From a virus (taxonomy: Duplodnaviria; Caudoviricetes): DNA of 54,799 nt. The translations under genes were made by a program, and so were the position numbers. Location of the stretch: positions 1 through 54,799 of IMG/VR virus record IMGVR_UViG_3300043399_000215; one strand, given 5' to 3'. How positions within the stretch are numbered: the stretch's first letter is position 1; every line of letters starts with the position of its first letter. This document shows, piece by piece, positions 46,001 through 54,799 of the stretch. Under the pieces are notes generated by a model. It was not told where the DNA came from and did not search any database. It saw nothing but the letters and a program-made list of their open reading frames with translations.

Positions 46001-48453
46001 TCAGAGTAAGCCCGTACAGCGATAGCTGCTGCTTCTGCTTTCATTCCCTGTTGTTCAAGAGTTGCAACAACCTGAAGAATCTCAGGAGCAATCATACCTG
46101 TCGTCTTAGCAAGTTCACGCAAAGAGTCTGTAGGCTTTTCTGATAGTTTGCTAAATTCTTTTACGGTATCAGCAATAGCAATACCAGCTTCATCTTTCAG
46201 TAAAACAGCAGCAGATGTTACAGCTTCCAAGTTTTGCTGCGTTACTGAACCAGCTTTAGCAGCTTCTGTAATTGCTTCAGAAAAACTAGCAATGTTTCCT
46301 CTGGCTCCAGCAAGCTCCTTAGCCATGTCGCTTGCTATTTGAGCAGTCATACCGATGGAACCACCTGTTAGGTTAACAGCCTTGTTGAGTTCTTCTTCTT
46401 GTTTACTAACTTGGTATAGAGCAATACCATAGGCGGTAAGGGCAGCAACTGCTACACCACCTGCAATTTTAGCAAAAGTCCCTAATGACTTTGCAAGTTC
46501 AAGATTTGCAACTGTTTGAAGACGACTTTTCCTTAAATTGCTCATCCCTTCAATGTCGGTTTCAAATAGCTTCTTGGCTTCTGCCAATCTCTTATAAGCA
46601 TTGATAGGCTCAAGCAATGACTTACCAAGGTAAGCCAAAGCACCGCCCATAAAACTAGTAATAGCAAAGGCTGTATTCTTAAAACCACTTGCAATCTGCG
46701 CAGCAGCAGCGTTCATTGCTGTTGTAAGTTCTTTACCCTTAGCACCTGTTTGGTCAAGCACACCACGAATCTGGTCGCCTTGTTGGATCATAACCAACAA
46801 AGGGTTCATACCACTAGCAAGAGAAATAGCTACGTCACCCATCTGAACAGAAATAGCTCTGCTTAGGTAACGAAGTTCATCTGCTCTTTCCTTGGCTGCA
46901 ACTTGGTCAAGTTTCTTTTTGAATGTATCAAACTTAGCTCCAGCAACATCAGCAGATAGGCCTGATTGCTTCAAGGCTTTCTGGTAAGCTACCAACTGGT
47001 CTGTACTGCGTTCATTCAAACCAGCGTTAGTCCTATCAAGGGCTGCATCCAAACGTTGCTCTGCTTGCACCAAATAGTCAACAGCTTTACCTGCTTCTTT
47101 TGTTGCTTTCTCGTACATAGCACGAGTAGGGCCAATCTGTACTGCTGCCATCTGTTTCTGTGCTTCATCGGATTTAGCTTCAGCTTCAATTCTTTTCTCA
47201 ACAGCCTTTATTTTCTTTTGCTCATTCTGATAATATTGAGCAACCATTGCATCACCAGCAGTTGCTTCAAGTTGCATTTTATTTTTCAAACTTGCTGCAT
47301 GGTCATCAGCAGCCTTGTTCCATTCTTTTTCAAGCTGCTTCCTATCTTTCTCTGCTTCTTTTCTAATGGTTTCTTCCTCAGCTAATGCTTTTTTCCATGC
47401 TGATTTTAATTCAGCATCGTTTCTAGCTTTCAAGGCTCTTTCTGCTTCCTGTAAAGCCTTGGCCTCTGCTGCGATTCTTTTTTCAGTAGCCTTTATCTTC
47501 TTTTCTTCATTTTTGTAGTATTGAGCAACCATTGCATCACCCGTAGTTGCTTCAAGCTGCATTTTATCTCTTAAAGTTTTCACATGGTCGTCAGCAGCCT
47601 TATTCCATTCTTTTTCAAGTTTATTACGCTCTTTAAGTTCTTCAGCCAAGGCTTGCTTGGTAAGTCGAACTTCTTCTGCAATTACTGCTTTCCTTGCTTT
47701 TTCAAGTTCTTTTGTTGCTTTAAGTTCTTCAGCTTTAGCTTGTTTAAGAATTTTCTCATTTTCTTTTATTAACTTAGCTTCTTCAGCTTTAGCTTGTTTA
47801 AGAATTTTCTCATTTTCTTTTATTAACTTAGCTTCTTCAGCTTTAGCTTGTTTAATAGCTTTAAGTTCTTCAGCTTTAGCTTGTTTAATAGTCCTAGCTT
47901 CTTCTTTAGCTTTCCTTGTACTCTCATCAGCTTGAGCAAGTAGCTTATTCTTAACACCAGCAGTCTCAACATACTCCGTTGTCAGCCTACCAATAGCTCT
48001 ACGCAAAGCCTCAGAAGATTTACCTTCTTCTGCATAAACCTGCGTCAGTCTTGTATGCTCTCTGGCTAGTTCGATTACTTGGTCTTTGGTTAGATTATAA
48101 CCTTTAGACATTAGTTTATTTACATTCTCTAAGTCTTTTACATCTTGCTTCATGCGAGCAAGACCGGAAGCTGACTTATCAAATGGATTCTTACCAGCCA
48201 TTGCATTAAATTGTTCAAAGGTCTTGGCAAGTGCTTGCATCTGAGTTTTGGTAGCACCAGCCATTTGCAGCATAGCCAATTGACCAGCTTGCATCTTGGT
48301 GAAGCCTGTGCCAAGTTTAACAACACCTTTTTCTAGTTCAACAGCTTGTCCACGAAGAATTTGTAAGGTCTTGCTGTGCTTTTCTACAGACCTTGTGGCT
48401 GCATCAACTTCTGAGTGGTCTACTTTTAATTTACCAACTTCAATTTGTTCCAT
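43039..48453 (-). CDS. tail tape measure protein
   Basis: 1804 aa, helical and Ala-rich, lambda-type DVAISLASGMNPLLVMIQQGDQI motif; follows the chaperones. Confidence 0.93.
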   Translation of the reverse strand: MEQIEVGKLKVDHSEVDAATRSVEKHSKTLQILRGQAVELEKGVVKLGTGFTKMQAGQLAMLQMAGATKTQMQALAKTFEQFNAMAGKNPFDKSASGLARMKQDVKDLENVNKLMSKGYNLTKDQVIELAREHTRLTQVYAEEGKSSEALRRAIGRLTTEYVETAGVKNKLLAQADESTRKAKEEARTIKQAKAEELKAIKQAKAEEAKLIKENEKILKQAKAEEAKLIKENEKILKQAKAEELKATKELEKARKAVIAEEVRLTKQALAEELKERNKLEKEWNKAADDHVKTLRDKMQLEATTGDAMVAQYYKNEEKKIKATEKRIAAEAKALQEAERALKARNDAELKSAWKKALAEEETIRKEAEKDRKQLEKEWNKAADDHAASLKNKMQLEATAGDAMVAQYYQNEQKKIKAVEKRIEAEAKSDEAQKQMAAVQIGPTRAMYEKATKEAGKAVDYLVQAEQRLDAALDRTNAGLNERSTDQLVAYQKALKQSGLSADVAGAKFDTFKKKLDQVAAKERADELRYLSRAISVQMGDVAISLASGMNPLLVMIQQGDQIRGVLDQTGAKGKELTTAMNAAAAQIASGFKNTAFAITSFMGGALAYLGKSLLEPINAYKRLAEAKKLFETDIEGMSNLRKSRLQTVANLELAKSLGTFAKIAGGVAVAALTAYGIALYQVSKQEEELNKAVNLTGGSIGMTAQIASDMAKELAGARGNIASFSEAITEAAKAGSVTQQNLEAVTSAAVLLKDEAGIAIADTVKEFSKLSEKPTDSLRELAKTTGMIAPEILQVVATLEQQGMKAEAAAIAVRAYSDAMKNSVGNLVAERGALETFFHAISAGAKSMWDSILNVGRKGSIVEQLKNAQGDLAKRVQEGASWYQTEAAYKEELAYLKEIVDSHQLTIDKEKEKGDVKRKNTEYSEWEIKNSNALQKSLTKEQQFAIKQAELERDVAKGIISQAKAAEALVGWKKIILGDDKKAKEDPLLKYLGKTEEKVRDLGITVKSEYQEMLEATSGLSKAEKLRLDILDDPQWKQLDASAKFRVLQALSETDAKEKLIAIEKKRIADSDIILKGLVDSAKAYENVTENIKQQDAALQNQVKDLEFQYSILGKSSDEQEKLTEEYKKQQAILAVNVKLAETEANIKKNITDPEDYADALGKAQKVAAGEIDLINKESAIKAAKAYIDEFNKISSGITDSIVTALFEGGKAGRKKLRDMLVEAIRKPITTYVNVVVNEIFGTGINLLLQAIGMQTGGSAGSLMNGVTGAASMYNAATSLTGAAGLGSIASGATYGTSAMSSQSIALAMQEAGFSTTAIGTTTGSSATGGGAGMTGASYAAGAVAGHYAGRAISNGYSAMGGSSGNTAVNLGTAIGAVIAGPIGAAVGGALGGLTNRAFGSKTTTGIQGTFGGASGFEGQEYTDKKYGFLRFKGNTTSLSALDESERQAIANDFNLIKAGVLDTAKTLGVGANALDGFTKEIRQSLADPEAYKGILDELTEGLASTALNSLGDWKKFQKEGEKSSSTLKRLSDVIGNTNQVFEDLGWKLNEFSLAGYSAAENFIAALGGLDAANSKLSKYYQNFYSEQERVTNYIEKGTDAFAKLGITFPKSMSEFRTLVTEQQKLGNTQVVADLMNLQDYVIGSYAQMSDGIIEEVNRIRNIAAADSKGNSLAVLMAQFNKSGSVEDSKALLDFAESNVGSLLELQRLRAGVINKLLGNSDMQAAAPEVLNSAPVASSSAGSSISESVTNSSSDLQAVVEALKEEIVNLRYEMQANVSWTSKTAKILERVTPDGDAIATRVAT
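47160..47892 (-). repeat. internal TMP repeats (54-nt exact tandem; 285-nt-period duplication)
   Basis: KQAKAEEAKLIKENEKIL x2; LEKEWNKAADDH...GDAMVAQYY x2. Confidence 0.9.
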
Positions 48454-48522
48454 AATTTTCTCCGTAAGGATTTGCTATTTAGCTTCTCGTATTTGTGTTA
48501 TAGGTTCTATCTAAGAACGCAT

Positions 48523-48547
48523 AAAACAAAGCCCTCGTTAGAGGGCT
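48523..48547 (-). terminator. intrinsic terminator
   Basis: AGCCCTC-taac-GAGGGCT followed by TTGTTTT. Confidence 0.7.
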
Positions 48548-48552
48548 AGGGG

Positions 48553-48951
48553 TTATTTCTTTTGTTTAGCTTGCTTTGCTCTTTCAGCTTTCTCCTGTTG
48601 TTCAGAATAAGCATCAAGAGCTACACCATCAAGTATGTTTATTATTTCTATTTCCCATGCTTGAGGTATATAGCTTTGTAACCTAAAGAAAGATTCTATC
48701 TCGGAGTATTGCAAAGGGTTTACACCAAAACCATTGGATGATCTTTTGTTATGAAGTCTAAGGAACCAACCCCATACTTCATAAAACATATCATCAAGTT
48801 CTGGTTCGTTTAGCAATTCTTCAACAACCCTACCTTGCCTTTGTAATGCTTCTAAGTTTTCTCTCAGAGTGCATCCATCGGTTTGTCTTGATTGCATCTT
48901 GAATTGCCACTTAGCAAATTCTTTTAAAGCATCTATATCAGCTTGTACGAA
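48553..48951 (-). CDS. tail assembly chaperone T part, probably reached by frameshift
   Basis: W.WF..L...R..NGFG.NPL.YSEI...WE...I..LD (DUF1799-like); frame stays open back into the G gene. Confidence 0.75.
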   Translation of the reverse strand, partial: FVQADIDALKEFAKWQFKMQSRQTDGCTLRENLEALQRQGRVVEELLNEPELDDMFYEVWGWFLRLHNKRSSNGFGVNPLQYSEIESFFRLQSYIPQAWEIEIINILDGVALDAYSEQQEKAERAKQAKQKK

Positions 48952-49342
48952 AATTATAGATGTTATCAGAATTCTCAGTTACTTGGTCACGCAAGAAAGG
49001 ATAAGCCATCATCAGGCGTTCAGCTTCGTCTTTGCTAAACTTAATCTCTTTACCATCCTCAGCAAAACCTTTCCAGTCAATGATACGAACAGCAGCACTG
49101 CGAGCAGACAACTCTTCAGCTTCTTCAAGTTCCATTTCGTATTCTTTGCCACGGCGTTTAGCTTGTTGTTCTTTTACTTTCAACTCTTGATAAACCTTGC
49201 GGGAGTAATTCTTAACAACAGGAGAGTTAGCACCACGGACAGTAATCTGAGCCTCTGCTTTAGTACCATCTGGGAGGGTTACATCAAAGGTGTAGCCAAC
49301 TTCAGCAGCAGCAGCAGGGTCATTCTTTTTCAAATCAAACAT
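48938..49342 (-). CDS. tail assembly chaperone G
   Basis: lies between tail tube and TMP; I.VRG..S...IIDWKG...FS..EA..L...YP. Confidence 0.8.
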   Translation of the reverse strand: MFDLKKNDPAAAAEVGYTFDVTLPDGTKAEAQITVRGANSPVVKNYSRKVYQELKVKEQQAKRRGKEYEMELEEAEELSARSAAVRIIDWKGFAEDGKEIKFSKDEAERLMMAYPFLRDQVTENSDNIYNFRTS

Positions 49343-49461
49343 ATCAAGTTCCTTTCATTTTGTTAATACACAACAGGACAATAGATAACTATTAATCCTA
49401 TCAACGTAATACAAGTATAGCATTGAATTTATTATTAGTCAATATCTAGGAACTATGCTAG

Positions 49462-49490
49462 AAACAACAAAGCCTCCCCGAAGGGAGGCT
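49462..49490 (-). terminator. intrinsic terminator after the tail tube gene
   Basis: AGCCTCCC-ttcg-GGGAGGCT followed by TTGTTGTTT. Confidence 0.85.
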
Positions 49491-49507
49491 GAGTTAATTA
49501 ACTAAGA

Positions 49508-50722
49508 TTAGACTAGTGTACTGTCCTGAATTGCAATAGTAGTTGCAGGCAAACCACCTGTGGTTACATCATTCAACAGAGCTTGGAAGGAGCAAGAAGC
49601 TACCAAACCTAGCTCAGCGTCATTTTTTTCGAAGCTGTTAATCTTGATCTTAGGCAAGGTGAAGGATACGAAATCAGCAGTAGCTGTAGAGTTCGTAGTC
49701 AAAGCCATTACCAAGCTGACAGGGGTTTCAGAATCAAAGTAGTCACGAACCGTAGCATCTTGGAAGTAAACACTCAAGTTGCCACTTACACGAATACGAC
49801 CAGTGAAAATATCAGCAATGCTATTAGAACCAACAGCAGTTGCATTTTCCAAAGTACGTTCAACACTGAAGTCAGCAGAAGTAACCAATGCAACAGGAGC
49901 ACCGTTCACAACCAAAGCACCTTGCACAGCAGCAAAGATACCGTCAGTACCTTGAGCAGTAGGAGAGGTGAAGTATTGAGTAGTACCTTTGCTTGTCAGG
50001 TCTTTACCTTGGAAGCTGAAGTCAACGGTAGTCAAACCAGTTGCAGGCAGTTGCACATTCATGCTACCAACCTTCATACCGGTGTACACTTCAGATTGCG
50101 CAATATCACTGTACCATTCTTCAATGGTGTAGCTATCGTCAGTGTGAGCAGTTGCAGGTACATAAGTAGCCTTACCAGTCACAGCAATAACACCAGCAGC
50201 GGTGATGGAGCTACCAGTAAATGCAGAACCGTTCAGAACGATAACAGTCAGAACCAAAGTTGTCATGCTGATAATCAGCAAGTTCTTGTTCAGGTTGTTG
50301 GCGTTGGCACCAGTACCAGCAGTGATACGAATTACTTGACCGACTTGGAAGCCAGAGGCAAGCCAATCGCCAGTAGCACGAGTGATGGTGTAAGTAGGGC
50401 CAGAGCCAGCGGTTGTGAATGTCGCTGGAGCAGTTGCACTCACAGCAGCAAAGTCACGAGCAACCAAGGATTGCATGAAGTCAGAGTAAGTCTTGGGAGA
50501 CAACTCACCGTTCAGACTACCTGCTGCACTCCTTACCCCATGCCTTACGTCCGCAACTTGACGGTCCGTACGCAATTCGTTTGACTCGTAAGTTTCTTTA
50601 GCCAAATTAAATTGACCCGTAACTCTACGTACCTGTTTACCACTAGCTGCTCCAGCCAAGGTGCCCCATGTGCTCTCTTTTTTATAGCTCAGGGTCTTGG
50701 ACGTACCTTTTGAAATCGGCAT
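49508..50722 (-). CDS. major tail (tube) protein
   Basis: YKKESTWGT, ESNELR.DRQ..D.RHG, GELS, G...YF.D, TLP.IK. Confidence 0.85.
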   Translation of the reverse strand: MPISKGTSKTLSYKKESTWGTLAGAASGKQVRRVTGQFNLAKETYESNELRTDRQVADVRHGVRSAAGSLNGELSPKTYSDFMQSLVARDFAAVSATAPATFTTAGSGPTYTITRATGDWLASGFQVGQVIRITAGTGANANNLNKNLLIISMTTLVLTVIVLNGSAFTGSSITAAGVIAVTGKATYVPATAHTDDSYTIEEWYSDIAQSEVYTGMKVGSMNVQLPATGLTTVDFSFQGKDLTSKGTTQYFTSPTAQGTDGIFAAVQGALVVNGAPVALVTSADFSVERTLENATAVGSNSIADIFTGRIRVSGNLSVYFQDATVRDYFDSETPVSLVMALTTNSTATADFVSFTLPKIKINSFEKNDAELGLVASCSFQALLNDVTTGGLPATTIAIQDSTLV

Positions 50723-50803
50723 TTTGTATTTCCTTTAAGTTAACTTAATTTTTACTTTGCAAAGTATTTCAGTTTTATGAAGGACTGAACGAACCTTCTA
50801 GGC

Positions 50804-51217
50804 TTAGTTATAAACTTCACCAACCACTTCAATAAGAACAGGAACCACTAACCTGTCCTCTGTTATTTCTGCATTAGCAATCCTAGGCGTAGTCAAGATG
50901 TGAATTGTTGTACCTGATTCACTGAATGTACTACCCTTTGAAAAATGACTCCTGATTGCTTCTGCTTTTGCTATTGCTGTACTTGTACCTTTATTTAATA
51001 CGTCACAAACAAATACCTGAAAGTTCATTCTTTCTCTGTAGTATGTATCCCCTATTGTTGGGTCATCTGGTTGAGATATGACAAACTGTGTATGAAGATA
51101 CATCTGATTCTGCGGAGGTGTAAAACTTACACCTTCATAAGCAATAGGAACAGATGGTGTTAGAGCAGCTAAGTGCCTTTCCATTGCTCGTTTAATGTTC
51201 AATATAGGTGTTGGCAT
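50804..51217 (-). CDS. tail terminator (DUF4128-like)
   Basis: IAYE.V.F.PP...FQV.V.....GT......AE.I..HF..G. Confidence 0.7.
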   Translation of the reverse strand: MPTPILNIKRAMERHLAALTPSVPIAYEGVSFTPPQNQMYLHTQFVISQPDDPTIGDTYYRERMNFQVFVCDVLNKGTSTAIAKAEAIRSHFSKGSTFSESGTTIHILTTPRIANAEITEDRLVVPVLIEVVGEVYN

Positions 51218-51810
51218 TATCTAGCCCTTCTAGCATAAGCTGCTTGTAAATCTGCTTTGTACGAACTCATAATGCTTTGTATCGTAGGTTTAACAACACC
51301 ATCCGGTGCAGAATCAACAAAACCTTTTTCAAAGAAGCCGTAAGCTGGCCCTTTAGCTCCGATGTAGAATACATCACCTAGTTCAAATTGTTCTGTAAAA
51401 TCAGCCTTGAGGTCAGATAGCATCTGGTCAAAACTTCTGATTTCTTTCTTGAAAGTGGGAATAGAAGTTTCACCGTAAGAGTAAGCGCCAGCATGGAAAC
51501 CTGGAATCATTGCAATACCGTACTTATTTCTACGGTAAGCATACATTCTTCTGTAACGAGCATCTTTGACTATTTTATCGGCATCACCAACTGGTGTATT
51601 AGCGTAAGCATTACTTGCTATGTTTAAAGCCAAAGCATACGCTACATTCTTTAGTTTTCTAATTGCGTTTCTTCTAAAGTTAGGCATCTCAAGAGTTTGT
51701 TTCTTGCGCTTTAATTTACTCAGTGCATTACCAAGTGCTTGTAGGCTTAAATCACCTGAAAGCATACCAGAGGTATCAACCTTAAAAGTAATCCTAGAAA
51801 TCATTATCAA
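51217..51810 (-). CDS. neck/tail completion protein
   Basis: synteny; TPVGD motif. Confidence 0.5.
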   Translation of the reverse strand: MIMISRITFKVDTSGMLSGDLSLQALGNALSKLKRKKQTLEMPNFRRNAIRKLKNVAYALALNIASNAYANTPVGDADKIVKDARYRRMYAYRRNKYGIAMIPGFHAGAYSYGETSIPTFKKEIRSFDQMLSDLKADFTEQFELGDVFYIGAKGPAYGFFEKGFVDSAPDGVVKPTIQSIMSSYKADLQAAYARRAR

Positions 51811-52163
51811 CCCCTACAAGCAAGTATTTTATAAATAACCTTTTCTTGCATTGCGTAATGCTCAGATACTTGCTCAATGCTATAAACATCGCCAGATAGA
51901 GTAATCTTATCCCTTGGGTTTGGCTTAGTAACAAAGTCAGAAGCAAGTACCAAGAATTCAGTAACTGTCTTACCTATTAGATTTGGATAGTTATATTGAT
52001 TAACTTTTACTTGCTTAGGATAAGCAATGATTGCCGTATTAGCTTCTGTATTGGTTACTGAACCTGTTTCAACATCATAAGTACCTTCGGTTACTGTAGT
52101 ATAAGTACAACTAACTCCATGAAGGTTGATAAGTTGTTTAGCTGAACTGATAAAAGGATTCAT
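51807..52163 (-). CDS. head closure / head-tail joining protein
   Basis: G.YD.ETG, P...D.I....Y.I; synteny. Confidence 0.65.
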   Translation of the reverse strand: MNPFISSAKQLINLHGVSCTYTTVTEGTYDVETGSVTNTEANTAIIAYPKQVKVNQYNYPNLIGKTVTEFLVLASDFVTKPNPRDKITLSGDVYSIEQVSEHYAMQEKVIYKILACRG

Positions 52164-52171
52164 ACAAATCC

Positions 52172-52585
52172 TTAGACAGTAAAGAAGCTACTTGTACTTA
52201 CTTCAGAATCAGCAGCAGGAACTACAACGATATTGTTGTCTAGGTTATCTACGTTAGCTTGCATATCTGCTATACTGATACCACCAGCGTAGCCTGAAGC
52301 ATTCTGCAAGACAGTATTCAAGTCAGGGTTCTTAATGTATAACTGAAGGGCTAATCTATAGGCTTCAGCAGCCTTGGAACCCTTTACAGACAGAATATCT
52401 GTACTGTGGTCACCTTTCATACTCAGCTTAAAAAGAATCGTCTTAGCAGCGTCTAATGCAGCCCTGCGTACTGAACTGTTGTTCTTTTCAAGAAAGTATT
52501 CGTATTCCGTATCAGACATGATAGGTAATGCAACATCCACATCACCTAGTTCATATCTGATTTGTTGTAAAGTAGTCAATGGCAT
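52172..52585 (-). CDS. head-tail adaptor
   Basis: IRYELGD......SD.EY.YFL; synteny. Confidence 0.65.
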   Translation of the reverse strand: MPLTTLQQIRYELGDVDVALPIMSDTEYEYFLEKNNSSVRRAALDAAKTILFKLSMKGDHSTDILSVKGSKAAEAYRLALQLYIKNPDLNTVLQNASGYAGGISIADMQANVDNLDNNIVVVPAADSEVSTSSFFTV

Positions 52586-52607
52586 TTGTATCCTTTATCC
52601 ATTTTAC

Positions 52608-52922
52608 TCAAGCCCAAACCCGAATCGGTGTTTCAGGCTGCACTTCAAACTCCAGCAAAGCAGAAGCATCCTCATCCGGCATCAACCTTGCGTTTACATG
52701 CCATCCGGGAATTGCTTGCATTTCTGGGTAGCTTCCAAATTCACCTTGAAGCATTTCACCTGTAGGTTTGTAAATAACTCCTATTACATCTATATATCTG
52801 TAGTTGGGTTTTGTTACAAACTCAATAGGCTCTTGTTCTTCGTTGAATTTTACAGGTACTTTAGTGCCAAGCAGGTTGTTGGCTTGAGCTTCGGATTCAA
52901 AAGAGAAGTATTTGTCTTGCAT
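52608..52922 (-). CDS. hypothetical fibre-associated protein
   Basis: IDVIG.IY..TG...GWHVN.R...P.TP.RVWA. Confidence 0.6.
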   Translation of the reverse strand: MQDKYFSFESEAQANNLLGTKVPVKFNEEQEPIEFVTKPNYRYIDVIGVIYKPTGEMLQGEFGSYPEMQAIPGWHVNARLMPDEDASALLEFEVQPETPIRVWA

Positions 52923-52931
52923 GTGAATCCT

Positions 52932-54752
52932 TTAGGTTGTTAGGGCTTGGATGACTGTGTTGGATAGGCGAGAGGGGTAGTAGGCTATTTTCTTGATGGT
53001 GCTGTTGAGGTATGCCGAAGAACCTAAGCTACAACCTATATCAATCCTATTTACGACAGGCAACAACCCGTCTGTGTCGGTAGTAGGTACTGAACCATTC
53101 AGACTATGGGCAAAATCATTAACTCGATAAGCTGCTGAAGATTTCACGAAACTACTAGTAACCGTAGCAACAGTAAGTGCCACTAGGCCAGTACCGCCAA
53201 CAGCAACGTAGTATCTATTGGCGTGTGCGCTACCGTTGTAAATAAGGTGACGATTACTGTTTGTTCCGTCACTTATTTGCAACGCTGCCCTCCCACTTGA
53301 TGCCAACCCCGACCCATAGTTGTAATTATTCTCAATAAAAATCGTACCTTCGTCCTGCCTATACCAACTACTAAAATTACTCCCCGTCATACTTGCAGCA
53401 TCAGCAGATCGAGTAACCTGCGCTGTTGTCGTTGGGATGTAGCTTGTTGGGAAGGAGTCCGCTTCTAGTTGAGCGCCCCAGATGTAGATGCCGGAGTAGC
53501 CATCGCCTGTGTAGTTGTTGCCAGACCCGTTATTAAGGTGAATCTGTACCGCAAACGTGTTTGCACCTGTTGTTGTTTGAGTAAACTGCTGACTGACTTT
53601 GCACCACCCATTACCAATATGAACTATTGAACCGCTGCCACTGGTAACAGTGTAAGAATTCAAATTGAAAACAGAAATAGTGTCTGAGGCTCCATTGTAA
53701 GAAACGAGATTCACGGATGATCGCTCTTTCGCCTTCACATATACAGATGCTGTATAGGTAGCTCCAGATGTCAAGCTAACACTACCGAAGCGAACGTAGT
53801 GAACCCCTGCAATAGCAGCCTCTTGGATTAGGTCAGCACTTAAAGTCCCGTCAGGTGCAACTACCTGATTTGCAGATACTGCTGCACTACTCTTCACCCA
53901 CGCAGCATCATCAAACTCCTGACTCCTAGTCAACAAATTCGTCCTTTGTTCCTCAATCAACAACCCAAGGCTTTCACCTGTCGTTGGGTTGTGGTCGAAC
54001 CTAGGAATGCCTGATGCTGCTGTTTGAAGTACAGGTATGTAGTTGGTAATGGGTTGTGAAGTTGTTGGTGTGTAGGCTGTTGCACTTGAACGTTGTTCTA
54101 GTTGAGCGCCCCAGATGTAAATGCCAGAGGTTCCGTCGCCGGTGTATTGAGCGCCGTACTGGTCGAGGGTTGCTCCTGTGTCGGGGTAGCCACCGAATTC
54201 AGGCGCTCGGGTTGCTGTCTCTGTTGAAGTAAATGTGATAGAACAACGGTAGAACCCGTTTGCAACAGCGACAATGCTTGCACTCTTGTTGGTGTAGGTG
54301 CCTCCAGGTGTTCCTGCCGTACCTGCACCAATGTCAAAGCTGCAATAGAAACGACCGCTATTGCCCTCTGAAATATAAAACTTTGTATATTCAGCAGATT
54401 TGACGTACACGCTTAATGTGTACGTAGTCCCGTTTTGAAAGCCAGAAGACCCTATATAAACACCGTGTGCAGCTGCTGTTGCAGATGCTACTAATTTATC
54501 AGCGGTAGTAGCCCCATCTGGTGCCGCTGTAGCATTTGCAGTTACAGTTGAGTTAACTTTAGCCCACCCAGCATTATCAAACTCCTGCGAATAACTCAGC
54601 AAGTTCTCTTCAGCTTTTGCGAAGGTTTTCCCGTCGTAATATGTTGCTGTGCTTGCTCGGCTGAAGGTGATTCTTGGGTCTAGGGTTTTGGTGTTAGCGA
54701 AGTCAAGGAGAAGCGAGGGTTTGGTGCTCGGGTAGAGTGCTGCGATTGCCAT
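52932..54752 (-). CDS. virion fibre/spike protein with two tandem carbohydrate-binding-like domains and a LamG-like end
   Basis: duplicated NLL..SQEFD.A.W...APDG...YTGDG.SGIYIWGAQLE units. Confidence 0.75.
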   Translation of the reverse strand: MAIAALYPSTKPSLLLDFANTKTLDPRITFSRASTATYYDGKTFAKAEENLLSYSQEFDNAGWAKVNSTVTANATAAPDGATTADKLVASATAAAHGVYIGSSGFQNGTTYTLSVYVKSAEYTKFYISEGNSGRFYCSFDIGAGTAGTPGGTYTNKSASIVAVANGFYRCSITFTSTETATRAPEFGGYPDTGATLDQYGAQYTGDGTSGIYIWGAQLEQRSSATAYTPTTSQPITNYIPVLQTAASGIPRFDHNPTTGESLGLLIEEQRTNLLTRSQEFDDAAWVKSSAAVSANQVVAPDGTLSADLIQEAAIAGVHYVRFGSVSLTSGATYTASVYVKAKERSSVNLVSYNGASDTISVFNLNSYTVTSGSGSIVHIGNGWCKVSQQFTQTTTGANTFAVQIHLNNGSGNNYTGDGYSGIYIWGAQLEADSFPTSYIPTTTAQVTRSADAASMTGSNFSSWYRQDEGTIFIENNYNYGSGLASSGRAALQISDGTNSNRHLIYNGSAHANRYYVAVGGTGLVALTVATVTSSFVKSSAAYRVNDFAHSLNGSVPTTDTDGLLPVVNRIDIGCSLGSSAYLNSTIKKIAYYPSRLSNTVIQALTT

Positions 54753-54799
54753 GTTGATTCCTTACCAAGTGCTCAAAGCAGAGCGTTTCCAAGTGTTTG

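Noticed and set aside
49760-50584. 274-aa plus-strand ORF and similar antisense ORFs (e.g. 52374-52943, 10416-10850)
   Set aside because: Shadows of well-supported genes on the opposite strand, with no motifs
53461-54150. DGR template/variable repeat pair
   Set aside because: Both copies are in-frame domain repeats of one gene, and there is no reverse transcriptase in the window
1-54799. Stop-codon reassignment or suppressor tRNA
   Set aside because: Core genes are intact in the standard code and the anticodon reads TCT, not CTA

Overview
A 54.8-kb segment of a lytic dsDNA tailed phage (siphovirus-type: tape measure, tail tube, tail chaperones). The host is probably a Gram-negative bacterium, which is an inference only. 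There are three blocks. (1) 1-11.1 kb, minus strand: small early genes, SleB-like hydrolase, HU-like protein, thyX, two deaminases and a homing endonuclease. (2) After a ~0.95-kb non-coding divergence point, 12.1-34.0 kb on the plus strand: replication and nucleotide genes, namely T7-type primase-helicase, family A DNA polymerase with an intein, SSB, exonucleases, endonuclease VII, NTP pyrophosphatases, nrdA split by a group I intron, nrdB and thioredoxin, plus a tRNA/structured-RNA island. (3) 34.0-54.8 kb, minus strand: lysis, two tandem tail-fibre cassettes, tail and neck genes. The most unusual signals are an RNA island at 22.6-23.4 kb whose unrelated inserts are each enclosed by long, partly shared, covarying stems; a phased DnaA-box-like array beside a promoter-driven, ORF-less structured RNA at the divergence point; two GIY-YIG+HNH double-nuclease genes; a probable +1 frameshift in the tail chaperones; and a solo Xre/MbcA/ParS-like antitoxin domain. 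All product calls come from motif recognition by eye; no database search was run.
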